DNA of 63,611 nucleotides, the filler included, from Sanchytrium tribonematis (taxonomy: Eukaryota): the NCBI GenBank assembly GCA_018985235.1. It is 25 parts of 25 records of this genome, joined end to end, with 100 filler letters (N's around TTAATTAATTAA, not from the genome) between each part and the next. Parts side by side here need not be neighbours in the genome. Positions count along the whole stretch, not along the records: positions 33,692 to 35,493 come from JADGIG010001201.1; positions 35,594 to 37,393 come from JADGIG010001202.1; positions 37,494 to 39,288 come from JADGIG010001203.1; positions 39,389 to 41,180 come from JADGIG010001204.1; positions 41,281 to 43,070 come from JADGIG010001205.1; positions 43,171 to 44,960 come from JADGIG010001206.1; positions 45,061 to 46,844 come from JADGIG010001207.1; 18 more parts are not named here. One strand, written 5' to 3'. The notes under the pieces were generated by a model. That model saw only the letters and a list, made by a program, of their open reading frames with translations. It was not told the DNA's origin and did no database searches. Shown one piece after another: positions 34,006 to 45,878 of this stretch; position 1 is the stretch's first letter, and the number at the start of each line of letters is the position of its first letter. The translations under genes were made by a program, and so were the position numbers.

Positions 34006-34827
34006 TTATTGAGTTATTTCTCGAGAATGGCCTGATTGCATTTGATCTACATGGTCCTGTTCCTTGCTCTCACCATATTGCTGCTCGTATCCCTCTGATT
34101 TATCAGGATCTGTAAAAAAGATCGATTTATATAAAACGCCAACAACTAATGCAGAAAATAAAGGTGCTATCCAATAAACCCAGTGATTATCCCATGTATT
34201 TGATATAGCAGATGTCCCAAATGATCTCGCTGGATTCATGGATGCTCCTGTCAAGTTTTTTGCAATTAAAACTCCCACTAATACACTTAATCCAATGGGT
34301 ACTGGCGCCAGTTGGACTAGTCCATTTTCTTCATCAGCAGTCGTGCTCACAACCACAAATAACAAAATATTTGTTATCATAAATTCAATCAAAAATCCTT
34401 GTCCATTTGAAATCAAGGGATTTAATGTGGTTGCTGATAAATTTTGATAATCATCAACGGATCCTCTAAAGAATGCAGCGCCCAATAATCCACCAAATAT
34501 TTGTGCAATGATGTACAAAACACAAGTCATTGGAGCAATAGACCGTGTAATTGTGAGTGCTACTGTCACAGCTGGATTAAAATGACCTCCACTAATACCA
34601 GCAAATATGGAAACAATAGCAATCAATCCGAATCCCTGAATAAATGCTGTGATTAAGTCAGAGACCCCTTTTTCATCTGTCAAATAAGCACTGGGAATGA
34701 CTGCTGATGCGCTAACGACATAAATAAATAGTGTGGTGCCTATAAATTCTGCTAGTACGCGTCGCCAAAGAGTTTTAAATGGTAATTGTTTGTACTGTGC
34801 GAATTTGAATGGATTTCTAATTGCCAT
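34006..34827 (-). CDS. Aquaporin (MIP family)
   Basis: SGGHFNPAVT and TGASMNPARSFG motifs; six TM segments. Confidence 0.96.
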   Translation of the reverse strand: MAIRNPFKFAQYKQLPFKTLWRRVLAEFIGTTLFIYVVSASAVIPSAYLTDEKGVSDLITAFIQGFGLIAIVSIFAGISGGHFNPAVTVALTITRSIAPMTCVLYIIAQIFGGLLGAAFFRGSVDDYQNLSATTLNPLISNGQGFLIEFMITNILLFVVVSTTADEENGLVQLAPVPIGLSVLVGVLIAKNLTGASMNPARSFGTSAISNTWDNHWVYWIAPLFSALVVGVLYKSIFFTDPDKSEGYEQQYGESKEQDHVDQMQSGHSREITQ

Positions 34828-35168
34828 TTCAATTGATCGTAGTTATGCGGCTGTTTATACTGTGTGTCAATAGCCATCATGCGGTTATAAACCGAATTTA
34901 GAGATTATAGTTGCCACATTGACAACTTGGGTGGATCTCCATCAAAAACTCGCAACAATAATAGCAATATTTTGATTTGAGTACAAATTCTGTGATTCAA
35001 AATGCGATCTACTATTTGGATCATCATATTCATGGTTGAGCAAGGTTACAAATTAATTATATCTCCAATGAAAACATTTGCAAGAAACTTTAAAGTTTGC
35101 AGTGATTGATTGCACCTATCAATTTTGTTCAGACAATCATTAAAAAAAATCTGTTGCAACTTAATATC

Positions 35169-35493
35169 ATGAACTCATCTACCCACAAATTGTATCTCAT
35201 TTCCATGTATTTGCTTGTTGCGTATCTCAGTATTTATTATTTGATAAAATGGAATTACTCACACGGTGCTATTTTCATATTATCAATTGGTAAATTGAGT
35301 TGGTTTTTGTATGAGTACCGTGAATTGTTCAAAATCAACAATTGCTTCCAAGAAGAGAAAACTGCCTGGATCACAGAAAAGAAGAAAGCACCTAGATCCC
35401 ACCATCTAGATGGAATCAGGGGCATCGCAGCAGTTGCTGTCTTTATTTACCACTTGACATCCAAAGATTACAACACAAAAGAGCATTTAAAAG
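35169..35493 (+). CDS. Acyltransferase-3 (OafA-like) protein, 5' fragment
   Basis: HLDGIRGIAAVAVFIYH. Confidence 0.75.
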
Positions 35494-35593
35494 NNNNNNN
35501 NNNNNNNNNNNNNNNNNNNNNNNNNNNNNNNNNNNNNTTAATTAATTAANNNNNNNNNNNNNNNNNNNNNNNNNNNNNNNNNNNNNNNNNNNN

Positions 35594-36333
35594 TTAAAGT
35601 CTTTTTCAGATTCAAATCTAGATATTTGCTCATAGGCTGCCTCAATTTCTTGGTACTCTATTAGTGCTTCGTAAAACATATTCATGTTTTCGTAAAGTCG
35701 AGCAAGTGATTCTTTAATTAAACAATATTTTGGAAAATTCCAACCTTGCGTTCCTCTATGTGAATCTATCTTTTTAAGTTCTTCAGAATAGTGTACCAAT
35801 TGAGTTGTAAATGATTCAACGACAGAAGTCTTCACCAGATCAAAAAACTCATTCCAACTTTTGTCCTCGAATTTTTTGTCAAAGACCAATTTGCAGCAAT
35901 TCTTCTTAACCATTTGTTTAATTTTGTCATAAACACCTTTAGTTTTACTCTCATTACCCTCGCTGACATATACAACTAGCCATTGCTGGTACGGAACCAC
36001 ATTCACAATGTCTAGCCATTGCTGAAGTCTATTTTTTACGATAACCTGAAATGTATTTTGATCATCACACTTACAGACATAAAGATTTAAAAATGGGAAT
36101 TTTTTTGGAACTGTAAATGGCGATATATCTCTTAGTTTTAGAAATTCGCTGTTGTCAAATACTCTCCATTCTAAATCCAAGGCTCGAATTTGTTTCATTT
36201 GCATTAATCTAATATCATTAACAGCGATATCCCTTATGGGTAGACGTTCAATTAATTTCGGGCCGATGGATGGCCATAGGACATAGTCATCCACATATGT
36301 GATAACAGCTTTTTGTTGAATCATTTGTGGCAT
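35594..36333 (-). CDS. TRS130: TRAPP II subunit Trs130/TRAPPC10, 5' fragment
   Basis: PFLNLY..C.D..., QWL.VYV and GWNF..YCLIKESLA..YE....EAL.EY motifs. Confidence 0.82.
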
Positions 36334-36483
36334 ATTGCAATTTCAAGTTTCAAAAATTAAGAATTCCACAGAATTGTATGGATTATTTAGTTTACGTTTT
36401 AATTCATGTTAAAACCATTGATTTCATATTTCAAGACAAGTCATTTTCTCTAATTAAAATCAGGTCTGCGGAGAGTGCAAAAC

Positions 36484-36993
36484 ATGAACTTTTATAAGAG
36501 AGCCATGGCTAAAAGTCCATTCATAACGCAATGTGTATTAACGGGTATTTTATTAGGTGCAGGTGACGGGATCGCTCAAAAGATTGAGGATAAGGAAAAA
36601 TATGATTTCAAAAGAACAATAAAAATGTCAGCATTTGGGCTGTGCGCAGTAGGCCCTGTTGTGGTTACCTGGATGAATATTTTGGACAAAGTCAAGTTTG
36701 CCAGTATGTACGCAACAGTCGGTGCAAGACTTGCGTTGGATCAATTCGCTTTTACGCCTTTTTCCCTAACTGGATTTTTTACTGGCTTGAGTCTTATAGA
36801 AGGACATTCTTTGGACCAAATAAAGGTCAAATTAAATGAAAAGTTTTATGATACATTAACTACTAGTTGGAAAGTCTGGATTCCGGTACAATCTATTAAT
36901 TTGTCAGTTGTCCCAGTTCAGCATAGACCACTAATTATTCAAATAGTCGCATTAGGATGGAATGCATTCCTATCTTATGTAAATTATCAGTAA
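36484..36993 (+). CDS. SYM1: Mpv17/PMP22 family protein
   Basis: GDGIAQ, DFKRT, LDQFAFTP, WKVWIPVQ.IN and WNAFLS motifs. Confidence 0.9.
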   Translation: MNFYKRAMAKSPFITQCVLTGILLGAGDGIAQKIEDKEKYDFKRTIKMSAFGLCAVGPVVVTWMNILDKVKFASMYATVGARLALDQFAFTPFSLTGFFTGLSLIEGHSLDQIKVKLNEKFYDTLTTSWKVWIPVQSINLSVVPVQHRPLIIQIVALGWNAFLSYVNYQ

Positions 36994-36994
36994 A

Positions 36995-37393
36995 TTACTT
37001 TACTGGGATATATTCAATATCATTTTCTTCACATTTGGCTGTCGAATATCTAGCAGCAGTAAAAAGATAATCTGAGAGTCTATTTAAATACTTTTGAGGT
37101 GCACTATCGTAATTTTTGTCAATATCAAATAATTCAACACATTTTCTTTCCGCAGTTCTACATAAACAACGGCCAAATTGCAACTGTGTCGAGATTAATG
37201 AGCCGCTTGGCAGAATAAACTTTGTTAGCGGTTTCAGATCGTTATCCATAGCATCAATCCATTTTTCAAGCAACTCAACGTTTGTTTCTGAAAATTTCGT
37301 CCTATTAAGAATGTGTTTAGGTGTACTTTCTATTCTGGGTGTAGCTATGTGTGAATTCAAATCTTGTAGCCTTGACTGTATATACAGTATTTG
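36995..37393 (-). CDS. MMAB: Cob(I)alamin adenosyltransferase (PduO/MMAB type), 3' fragment
   Basis: LEKWID..L.PLTKFILPSG..RCLCRTAER..KYLNRLSDYLFTAAR. Confidence 0.9.
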   Translation of the reverse strand, partial: QILYIQSRLQDLNSHIATPRIESTPKHILNRTKFSETNVELLEKWIDAMDNDLKPLTKFILPSGSLISTQLQFGRCLCRTAERKCVELFDIDKNYDSAPQKYLNRLSDYLFTAARYSTAKCEENDIEYIPVK

Positions 37394-37493
37394 NNNNNNN
37401 NNNNNNNNNNNNNNNNNNNNNNNNNNNNNNNNNNNNNTTAATTAATTAANNNNNNNNNNNNNNNNNNNNNNNNNNNNNNNNNNNNNNNNNNNN

Positions 37494-38194
37494 GGAAGGG
37501 TAAAAATATTGTTCGAAAAATTGAACATTTAGAGACTGGAGAAAATGACCGCCCAGTTTTTGAGGTTAAGATTATTAGCTGTGGAGTTATTCGATCAGGT
37601 GAACCTGATGGGTGTGATCAATTTGTGGATTCAAAAGACCCTGTGGAGGATTATCCAGAGGATTCAGATAAATATCCGTTCACCGATGGAAGCGTTGCAT
37701 TAAAAATTGCTACGGATCTGAAAGTTCTTGGCAATGAATATTTCAAATCTGGAGACTTAAACAATGCCGTTACTAAGTATGAAAAATCGCTACGTTATCT
37801 GCAAGAATGCGAAAATGAGTCATTTGATGAACCTGGTAAAACTGAATTTAAAATATCAGTATTATACTTAAAACTGTCTTTATTTTTAAATTCATCTTTG
37901 ATGTACTTTAAATTATCCCATCCCCAGAAAGTGGTGTCATTTGCTGAAAAAGCTATCAGTCTTTTGGAATCAAACGAGGCCATGGAAAATAAAGACATGG
38001 CAAAATCAAAGTACCGTTTGGCACAGGGTTTGATCATGCTGAAGCAATATGAAGAAGCGTTAAAAGTTTTACAAGCTGCTAATAGGTTGGAACCAAAGGA
38101 TGGCGCAATTCTTAAAGACCTCAAGTCATGTCAAGAATCTATTAAAGCCGCTAATGAAAAAGAAAAGAAGACGTATTCAAAAATGTTTGGTTGA
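37494..38194 (+). CDS. CPR6: Cyclophilin-40 / Cpr6-like TPR protein, 3' fragment
   Basis: GKNIVRKIE..DRP..I.SCG (end of the PPIase domain), EDYPED, TPR repeats, and terminal YSKMFG. Confidence 0.88.
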
Positions 38195-38303
38195 TTTTAA
38201 ATAAATCTATTTCTTTCTGAAGTGAACTTTAGAATTTATGAGCAAGATTTAATGTACAATTTAACCTTTCACTTGTTATTTTGCAATTTTTGAAACACAA
38301 TCT

Positions 38304-39173
38304 ATGGCAACGAAAGCGTCTCTGACAGCCACACAAGATGCCTTTGCGGGAGCTCTTGGCGCAGCAATTTCACTAATTACGGTTTATCCACTAGACATAT
38401 CAAAAACTAAGCTGCAGGTGCAGACGACCACGAAAGAGACTACTTATACAACCTTGATGAAGATTTACAAAGAAGAGGGAATTCTTGGATTATATACTGG
38501 AATCGCATCTGCGTTAATACAAACATTTAGTGGAAATTATTCATATTTTTTCTGGTATAAATTTATCCGTACTTATTATCTAAAAAAGTATAACCAATTA
38601 TCGACAATATCAGAATTGGCTATTGGGGCATTTGCTGGCGGTCTATGTCAAATAACCACGATACCTATATCTGTTGTGGTTACTAGACAGCAGACTACTC
38701 CAAAAAAATTGAGAAAATCACTCGTAAATACTTGGAGGGAGATAATTAGTGAAAATGGTTGGATTGGGCTATATAAAGGTTTCGCGGCATCCATTTTACT
38801 AACTATAAATCCATCTATCACTTATGGTGTATATCAAAAACTTAAAGCGGCTTGCTTGAGAATATATGGTAATACCTCTCCTGTTCAGATTTTACTTTTA
38901 GGTGCATTGAGCAAAACACTTGCCACAATTGTAACTTATCCATACATCATGGCCAAAACTAGACTTCAATGGAAACCGACATTAGAAAACGATAAAATGA
39001 ATTATCAGTACAAATCAGCTTGGGATGTCATTCAAAAAGTCATAGATAAAGAAGGTTTTTTTGGCTTGTATCAAGGCCTTTCTGCGCAAATAGGAAAAGC
39101 CGTGCTTGCTCAAGCCTTATTATTCGTGTTAAAAGATAAAATCGAAAGAACAGCAATAAAACTGCTAAACTAA
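38304..39173 (+). CDS. Peroxisomal adenine nucleotide / CoA carrier (Ant1/PMP34-like)
   Basis: Three carrier repeats: YPLDISKTKLQ, PISVVVTRQQ, YPYIMAKTRLQ. Confidence 0.88.
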   Translation: MATKASLTATQDAFAGALGAAISLITVYPLDISKTKLQVQTTTKETTYTTLMKIYKEEGILGLYTGIASALIQTFSGNYSYFFWYKFIRTYYLKKYNQLSTISELAIGAFAGGLCQITTIPISVVVTRQQTTPKKLRKSLVNTWREIISENGWIGLYKGFAASILLTINPSITYGVYQKLKAACLRIYGNTSPVQILLLGALSKTLATIVTYPYIMAKTRLQWKPTLENDKMNYQYKSAWDVIQKVIDKEGFFGLYQGLSAQIGKAVLAQALLFVLKDKIERTAIKLLN

Positions 39174-39388
39174 TTTATTCCAATTTGAAAGGAAGGGAAA
39201 CCGTCTTTCCTTTAAATTCTTCTAAATCCTCTCCGCAATAAGATTTCAAAGCTGAAATTTCGACCGCATTGTCAGATTTCTCAAAAAANNNNNNNNNNNN
39301 NNNNNNNNNNNNNNNNNNNNNNNNNNNNNNNNTTAATTAATTAANNNNNNNNNNNNNNNNNNNNNNNNNNNNNNNNNNNNNNNNNNNN

Positions 39389-41180
39389 ATTTGCACAAGT
39401 TTCCAAATTGGTCATGTTTAAAATTGGATTCTTGGTAATATCACAGTATTTTAAAGTACCTGGTGATGCAATATATACATTTGAGATTGAATTATTGTAT
39501 AAATACAGATATTTATCAGAATTCATTTCCAACAAAGTAAGATTACCACTAATTTGGTTGGAATTCACTTGATTAGGCATTCCCAATACCAATTGCAACA
39601 TATTGGGTGGCAGTGTTGGTAAAACAACATTGATTAGATTGCTATGCAAATACAATTTGATCAAACTAGATGGAAATGGACCAGTTAAATTTGTAAAATG
39701 ATTAAATGACAAATCTAAACTATTTACACTCTCTGGAATTAATGGAATTGTGCCAGACAATAAATTATGACTCATAACTCCCTCATAAATGTTGCCGAAA
39801 CCAGGTAATGAGCCACTCAAAAAATTATTATGTACAAAATAGTAATAGGCATTTGGTGAAATATAAATTGGACCACTGAACTGATTGTCAAATAATATGT
39901 AGAAAAACGCATTTGGTGCTTCTGGTAATGTGCCATTGAATTGGTTTCCATTTAAAACGAGGATTCCTGTTTTTACAAATTTCTGAGTGATGGGGCCTTT
40001 AAATAAATTGTTTGATGCGAGTATACTGGTCAATTGACTGAAATCAGGCAAAGAACCATTGATTTTGTTAACTGATATATCAATTTGAGTCAAATTTACA
40101 GGGACTTGGCCCATGATTTTGATAAAATTATTATTAGACAAGGTCACTGTATTAATGCCTTTTGGCAATAAATCCAAGTTCAAAGTAATTGGCAGACCAA
40201 ATTGGTTTATGTTGGACCATTCAATATGATCTACTATCCCTTGCTTACAAAAAATATTCGTTTTTAAACAACAATCTTGGTCAATTGATTTGTAGTATTC
40301 TGGCATTGTGACGTCCAATTGCATTGATTTGGCGAATACAGCAAGTTGTTTACAGCCATATCCAATATTTGGCGATAAATTTAACTGGCAATTAATTGGT
40401 AAATTCGTTGAATTTGAAATGGGGTTGTTTCCAAGATTGCAATAATTACCAGAACCGCCAACTAAACAGCCCCCATTCTTCACTTTTACATTTGAAATGT
40501 TGTTGTGAGTCATGTTCAATGCACAATTGTTACTTAGAATAGTAATTTCACCGTAAAATAGATTATTTGAAATATCCAATGTTTGAACATTCTCAGCAGA
40601 CAGCCAATTACTCATATTTCCAGTCAAATTGTTGTGACTAATAGTCAATTCTATTAATTTGGTGGCATCAGGCTCAAACAACCCACTTAATTTGTTGTGG
40701 TCTAAATGTAAATAAAATAAATTTGGCACTAAATCTGGAATCACTCCAGTGAGTAAATTATGACTGGCATAGAAAGTTCTTAAACTACTTGGAAAGCTGG
40801 AAACATTACCACTCAACAAATTGTAATCCAAAATGATGGTATCTGCAGTTGGAATGAATCCAATTGGTCCATAAAATTGATTATGTCCAAAATATCCAAT
40901 GTAGAGTGTTGCTGGCAATTTATCAGTCAATGTACCATTAAATTGATTCATATGACATGATATATAAGTAGCAGTATTCATTTTTGGTAAATTTCCAACC
41001 AATTTGTTATTTGAAACATCAAAATAAATTCCACTAAAATCAAAGTCCAAATACCCACTCAATTGGTTATTAGAAAGAAACAAATTATCTAAAGTAGATG
41101 GAATAGTGGTATTCAAACTGCCAGATAATCGATTGCAGGTAATAGAAAACAATTCTAAAGGTAATTTGAAATTCAAATGT
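39389..41180 (-). CDS. Multi-module LRR protein, internal fragment
   Basis: Short LRRs of the xxNxLSGxIP type with an internal Cys cap (GCKQL..DCC..C). Confidence 0.88.
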
Positions 41181-41483
41181 NNNNNNNNNNNNNNNNNNNN
41201 NNNNNNNNNNNNNNNNNNNNNNNNTTAATTAATTAANNNNNNNNNNNNNNNNNNNNNNNNNNNNNNNNNNNNNNNNNNNNTGCGAGTGCAGTCAGTTATA
41301 CGAATAGACCAGTCATTATAAAGCAAGAAACATGTGAAAAAGTGGATGTGGACAAGATCCATGCACATTACAAGGACATTTTAGAAGAAGAACGATTTAA
41401 AAGTCAAATGGCGATTAAAAATTTGGAAGATGAGATTGTATTTTTGAAGAAAGTACATGCCACTAGTAAATAATATGCTTTAT

Positions 41484-43070
41484 TTATAAATTGGACATTT
41501 GATTCACTCTAGATTTTGCAGAGTTTCTTCTAAAGGGTGTTTTGACAATAATAATGCCTGTGAGGAAACTACCAATAATAAAATGTATTCCCAACATGAT
41601 AATGTTTAAATTTATAGTAGTTTGACTCCGTGGGTTGTTAAACTTAAAAAAGGTTTGCGTCAAAGATTGACTGTTTTCAGTTTGACTTTTGTTTACAAAG
41701 ACAGTTGTGGAAACAAGAGATGATTTAGTGGCAATGGATGTTAACTTGGTAGCTGTTAATCTTGTGAGAATTGCTCTAGTTGGCACTACTGGATTATATT
41801 CTGTCAAATTGTCATGTTTACAAATTGGCAATAAATTGTCTAAATTGTTACTTTGTGCCAACATATTGAAACTAATGTCACAATTTGTTAATGAACTGGT
41901 ATCTTGGACTATAACATCATGGAATCGATTGTTGGAAATAAGCAGCGTATTTGGAGCACTTAACTTTAAAACACCTGAAAATAAATTTCGTGAAATTTCA
42001 ACTCTTCTCAAATTGATTGTAGCAGAAGCATCAATATTTCCAGAAAAATTGTTATCTGTTATAGTCAATTCTTCGAGTGATGCGGGAAGTTTTGGAATAT
42101 TCCCACTTAAATGATTATTATCCAGATACAAAACTTGAATATTTGGAGGGAAAACAATTTGTGATGCATTTCCAAATCGATTGCTTACAATCGCAACATA
42201 AGAAAGCTGACTACTGCTAAGATCTGGTAAATTGTTAAAATTACCGCCACCCATGAAAACAGCTTTCAATGATTTAGGAAATGGTGGAAAATCACCTGTA
42301 AAATAGTTATTGGCATATCTGGCTTCTTCCATATTTTTAGAGAATTTAATTGGCCCCGTTAAATATAAACTCTCTATAGACAAATATTTTAAACTGTCTG
42401 GTAGATCTGGAAGCTGTCCAGAACATTTTGTATTTATAAGCGCCAGCCATTGCAAATTTAGTGGCAAAGTCACATTTTTTAGATTTCCAAAGATATTACT
42501 ATCATGGAAATTCGCCTGTATCAACTGAGATGGCCATACAATATCTTCGATATTGCTGTTGATTTGAGTCTCGAACACGCTGAAATATTGCAATGAATCT
42601 GGTAGATTTTTAATTTGGCCTTTAATTTGATTGAAGCCCATGTAAAACTCTTTAATACCATTTGGAAGCTGAGGGAGACCATCAGTAAATCTGTTAAATG
42701 ACAAGTCTATAAATTCAATTGCATTGGGAAATGGTAAAGTCAAATTTGTAAATTGGTTCACAGTGACACTGAAAATTTTCATTTGAGGTGGCAACAAAGG
42801 AATTGTACCTGACAATCGATTACTGCCTAATTGAATTGTTTGCAAAATATTTGGCAATTTACTCAATGTTCCAGAAAGACCAGAACCAACGGCAGAAAAT
42901 GTAACCAAATTATTTGGCAAATTTGTTGGAAATGGCTGAGTAAACGTATTTCTATCCGCATTGAAATTGCTTAATGCACTAGCTGAGCTAAAGTCACTAG
43001 GAAAACCTGTAAATCTATTGTCAGAAACATCCAAATTTAAAAGATTTGAACCCAACGAGGGAATATTTCC
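41484..43070 (-). CDS. LRR receptor-like protein, 3' part (LRRs, S/T stalk, one TM, short basic tail)
   Basis: LPxxLxxLxLxxNxLSG repeats, CDISFN cap, TM IIMLGIHFIIGSFLTGIIIV. Confidence 0.88.
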   Translation of the reverse strand, partial: GNIPSLGSNLLNLDVSDNRFTGFPSDFSSASALSNFNADRNTFTQPFPTNLPNNLVTFSAVGSGLSGTLSKLPNILQTIQLGSNRLSGTIPLLPPQMKIFSVTVNQFTNLTLPFPNAIEFIDLSFNRFTDGLPQLPNGIKEFYMGFNQIKGQIKNLPDSLQYFSVFETQINSNIEDIVWPSQLIQANFHDSNIFGNLKNVTLPLNLQWLALINTKCSGQLPDLPDSLKYLSIESLYLTGPIKFSKNMEEARYANNYFTGDFPPFPKSLKAVFMGGGNFNNLPDLSSSQLSYVAIVSNRFGNASQIVFPPNIQVLYLDNNHLSGNIPKLPASLEELTITDNNFSGNIDASATINLRRVEISRNLFSGVLKLSAPNTLLISNNRFHDVIVQDTSSLTNCDISFNMLAQSNNLDNLLPICKHDNLTEYNPVVPTRAILTRLTATKLTSIATKSSLVSTTVFVNKSQTENSQSLTQTFFKFNNPRSQTTINLNIIMLGIHFIIGSFLTGIIIVKTPFRRNSAKSRVNQMSNL

Positions 43071-43170
43071 NNNNNNNNNNNNNNNNNNNNNNNNNNNNNN
43101 NNNNNNNNNNNNNNTTAATTAATTAANNNNNNNNNNNNNNNNNNNNNNNNNNNNNNNNNNNNNNNNNNNN

Positions 43171-43666
43171 ATAGTGGATGACATTCATTTTGCAAAAGAT
43201 ATGGTTTGATATCGCAAGATTCTAAAACTTGATTAATATGTTTCATTTGATAGTTAGAAATTCCTAGATATCGGATCTTTTTTTCGTTGACACATTGTTC
43301 CAATGCAGTATAACTATCCTGTCTCAAACTCCTATTTTCAGTACTTGATGGTGACTTTTTCGATACGCCTGGCCAATGAATGAGATATAAATCTAATGAA
43401 TTTAGCTGAAATTCCTTCAAGGATCGATCGACAGATTTAATGCAAGAAGTATATCCTTGATCTGTGGGGGACAATTTAGAGGTCAAAAAGATCTCGCCAT
43501 TAGATCTTTGGTTTTCTCTCAAGACTTCTCCGATACATGCTTCATTTTTATACACAGTTGCGCTGTCAATTAACTTGTAACCCATCTTTAATGCGGCTCT
43601 GACAGAATCCCTACAACTTTGGCCTTTTAATTGATAAGTGCCAAATCCTACAGCAGTAGCCTCCAT
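43171..43666 (-). CDS. Aldo-keto reductase, 5' fragment
   Basis: GFGTY, IDSATVYKNE, IFLTSK, LDLYLIHWP, LGISNY and QNECHP motifs. Confidence 0.93.
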
Positions 43667-43679
43667 TTGTTACAAAAAA

Positions 43680-44960
43680 TTAGTCAAAAGACTTGACATA
43701 AAATAAAACATAGGCGGCTTTTTTGTCAAATTCATTTTCAGAACATTCGCTAATCCTAGTATCATCAAAGTAGAACCATTTGGAAACGTATTTACAAGCA
43801 GCTGTGTAATGACCAGAGTCTAGTCCACCAAACTGATAAACTATTGCATATAAGTCATACTTGGTTTTTTCACCAAATGCATTAGATATAATGAGGTTGT
43901 ATGCAGGAAAATCCACAACACCCGAAATTTTACTCCGAAAATTACCTTCAAATGCAAAACGTTTTAAATGTACGACTAGAATATCAGGAAGTTTTGTGAG
44001 TTTCAAAGTCTTATCGGCAACTTGTAAACTGCGGCAATTCGGACATTTCCACTTATTAGCACCGTCGAGTTTCTCAGGTCTTGAGAATTCATCAATACAG
44101 CTATTTAATCCACACTTAATTTTCGAAGTCAGTGGGACCGATAACATATTAAAGGTGCTAAAAGATGTAGATTGACGCGAACAATTGTTGCATTTCAAGA
44201 TTGATGCCATTTGTCCATGAAATAATCCAGATACGACAGAGTCCTCGCTTTTAGCCCACTTATTCCACATAAACGCACTATAATCAAATAAACTTGACTT
44301 TTCCCAAATAATCTCTTCTCTCTCAGTAAGATTTTGGAATTTGGGCGCCTTCCTTTTAAGATCCTCATGTAAACCATCAAGTATAAAACTTAAAAATTCA
44401 CTGGCATCATGCTGTTCACTTCCTTCAAACATCGGATTAGCAGCAGCTATAACTTTTTTGAAATCAACCGGAACGCAATATGACTGGAAATTCTCAGGGG
44501 CCGACATGCTTTGAAGCATCTTGAACATTGCAGTCGCCAATTTCCCCTGACTTCCTAGTAAATTTTCAGTATTAATATCGCGTTTGAATACACCGCTTGT
44601 AAAGTATCTATTTAGTGGAGCCGTACCTTTTAAGGCTTGAAGCGATGCGTTCATATAGCAAGTGTTGCCCAAGTTTTTAAGACCAACGCTGTATTCAGAC
44701 TGACTCAATTTAGCTGTGGAAGGATGAAATCGAGTCTCTTGAAGCAAGGTACTTTGTTTTTTGGGTAATGGTGGCGGAGTATTTTTAATCTGTTCCTCTA
44801 ATTGAAACGATACTTTTTTTGCTCTCTTGTTCACAGAAGCTGCATCAATTTTTGTACTCTCAACTTCTAAAATTTGAGATTCTGATCTGCTGATGGTCGG
44901 GTATTTCACACTTGGTATTTTAGGTATTTTTTTAGCCTTTGAGTACCCAAAATTAAAATA
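43680..44960 (-). CDS. Ubiquitin-specific protease (USP8/Doa4-like), 3' part
   Basis: GLKNLGNTCYMNASLQ, QHDASEF, HLKRF, GHYTA and AYVLFY motifs. Confidence 0.93.
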   Translation of the reverse strand, partial: YFNFGYSKAKKIPKIPSVKYPTISRSESQILEVESTKIDAASVNKRAKKVSFQLEEQIKNTPPPLPKKQSTLLQETRFHPSTAKLSQSEYSVGLKNLGNTCYMNASLQALKGTAPLNRYFTSGVFKRDINTENLLGSQGKLATAMFKMLQSMSAPENFQSYCVPVDFKKVIAAANPMFEGSEQHDASEFLSFILDGLHEDLKRKAPKFQNLTEREEIIWEKSSLFDYSAFMWNKWAKSEDSVVSGLFHGQMASILKCNNCSRQSTSFSTFNMLSVPLTSKIKCGLNSCIDEFSRPEKLDGANKWKCPNCRSLQVADKTLKLTKLPDILVVHLKRFAFEGNFRSKISGVVDFPAYNLIISNAFGEKTKYDLYAIVYQFGGLDSGHYTAACKYVSKWFYFDDTRISECSENEFDKKAAYVLFYVKSFD

Positions 44961-45060
44961 NNNNNNNNNNNNNNNNNNNNNNNNNNNNNNNNNNNNNNNN
45001 NNNNTTAATTAATTAANNNNNNNNNNNNNNNNNNNNNNNNNNNNNNNNNNNNNNNNNNNN

Positions 45061-45667
45061 TAAAAAACAGATTCAACGCGCTATTTATGCCTATTATAAA
45101 CTAATAAATAGAATGAAGCATTCAAATTTGCCAATTTCTAATATTAAATTATTATTAGTTGGTGGATTTGATGTGAATTTAAAAGAGAATTTGACCACAT
45201 TGGAGCATTTAATAGACATTTGTAATGAATTACAACTAGATTATAATGTATTTAATGGTGTAGAAGTGTCAGAAATTGACTTATCCAAATCTGTGACATT
45301 TATTAAATCTTGCACAAATTTGCAAAAACAATTTATTTTAAGCAAATCCAAAGCAATTATCTATACACCCAGTCATGAACACTTTGGAATAGTCCCCATT
45401 GAAGCCATGAGTTATGGAATTCCTGTAATTGGAATGAATTCTGGAGGTGTCAAAGAAACAATTATTATGAAACAATCTGGTTATTTGGTAAATGAAGGGA
45501 ATTTGGAGAGTATCAGTGAAGAAATGAGTATTTATTTACATGAATTATTGACAAATAAACAAATTTGGCAGGATATGAGCAGATTCAACAAACAAAGAAA
45601 GAAATTCACTATCAAACAAATGATTCAGGAACTGGAAGATGCTTTGAATGAGGTAAAAGTAGAATAA
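45061..45667 (+). CDS. ALG2: ALG2-like alpha-mannosyltransferase, 3' fragment
   Basis: YTPSHEHFGIVPIEAM..PVIGMNSGGVKETI. Confidence 0.85.
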
Positions 45668-45878
45668 ATAGATTGGGAATTAGATAAGAAATGATATCAA
45701 TATTCTGACTACAACGATTTTGCTCTCAATTTTCTGGATTAATTTTGATTTTGGGCAAGATTATCTAATTTTATCCTTCCAATTGTATAGCTGCAATCAG
45801 TCAATTATCTTGCAGTTTATCACTTTATTCTGTGATTGGTCAGTAATAAAATAAAGAAAAGTTGCTCCAAATTTTATA

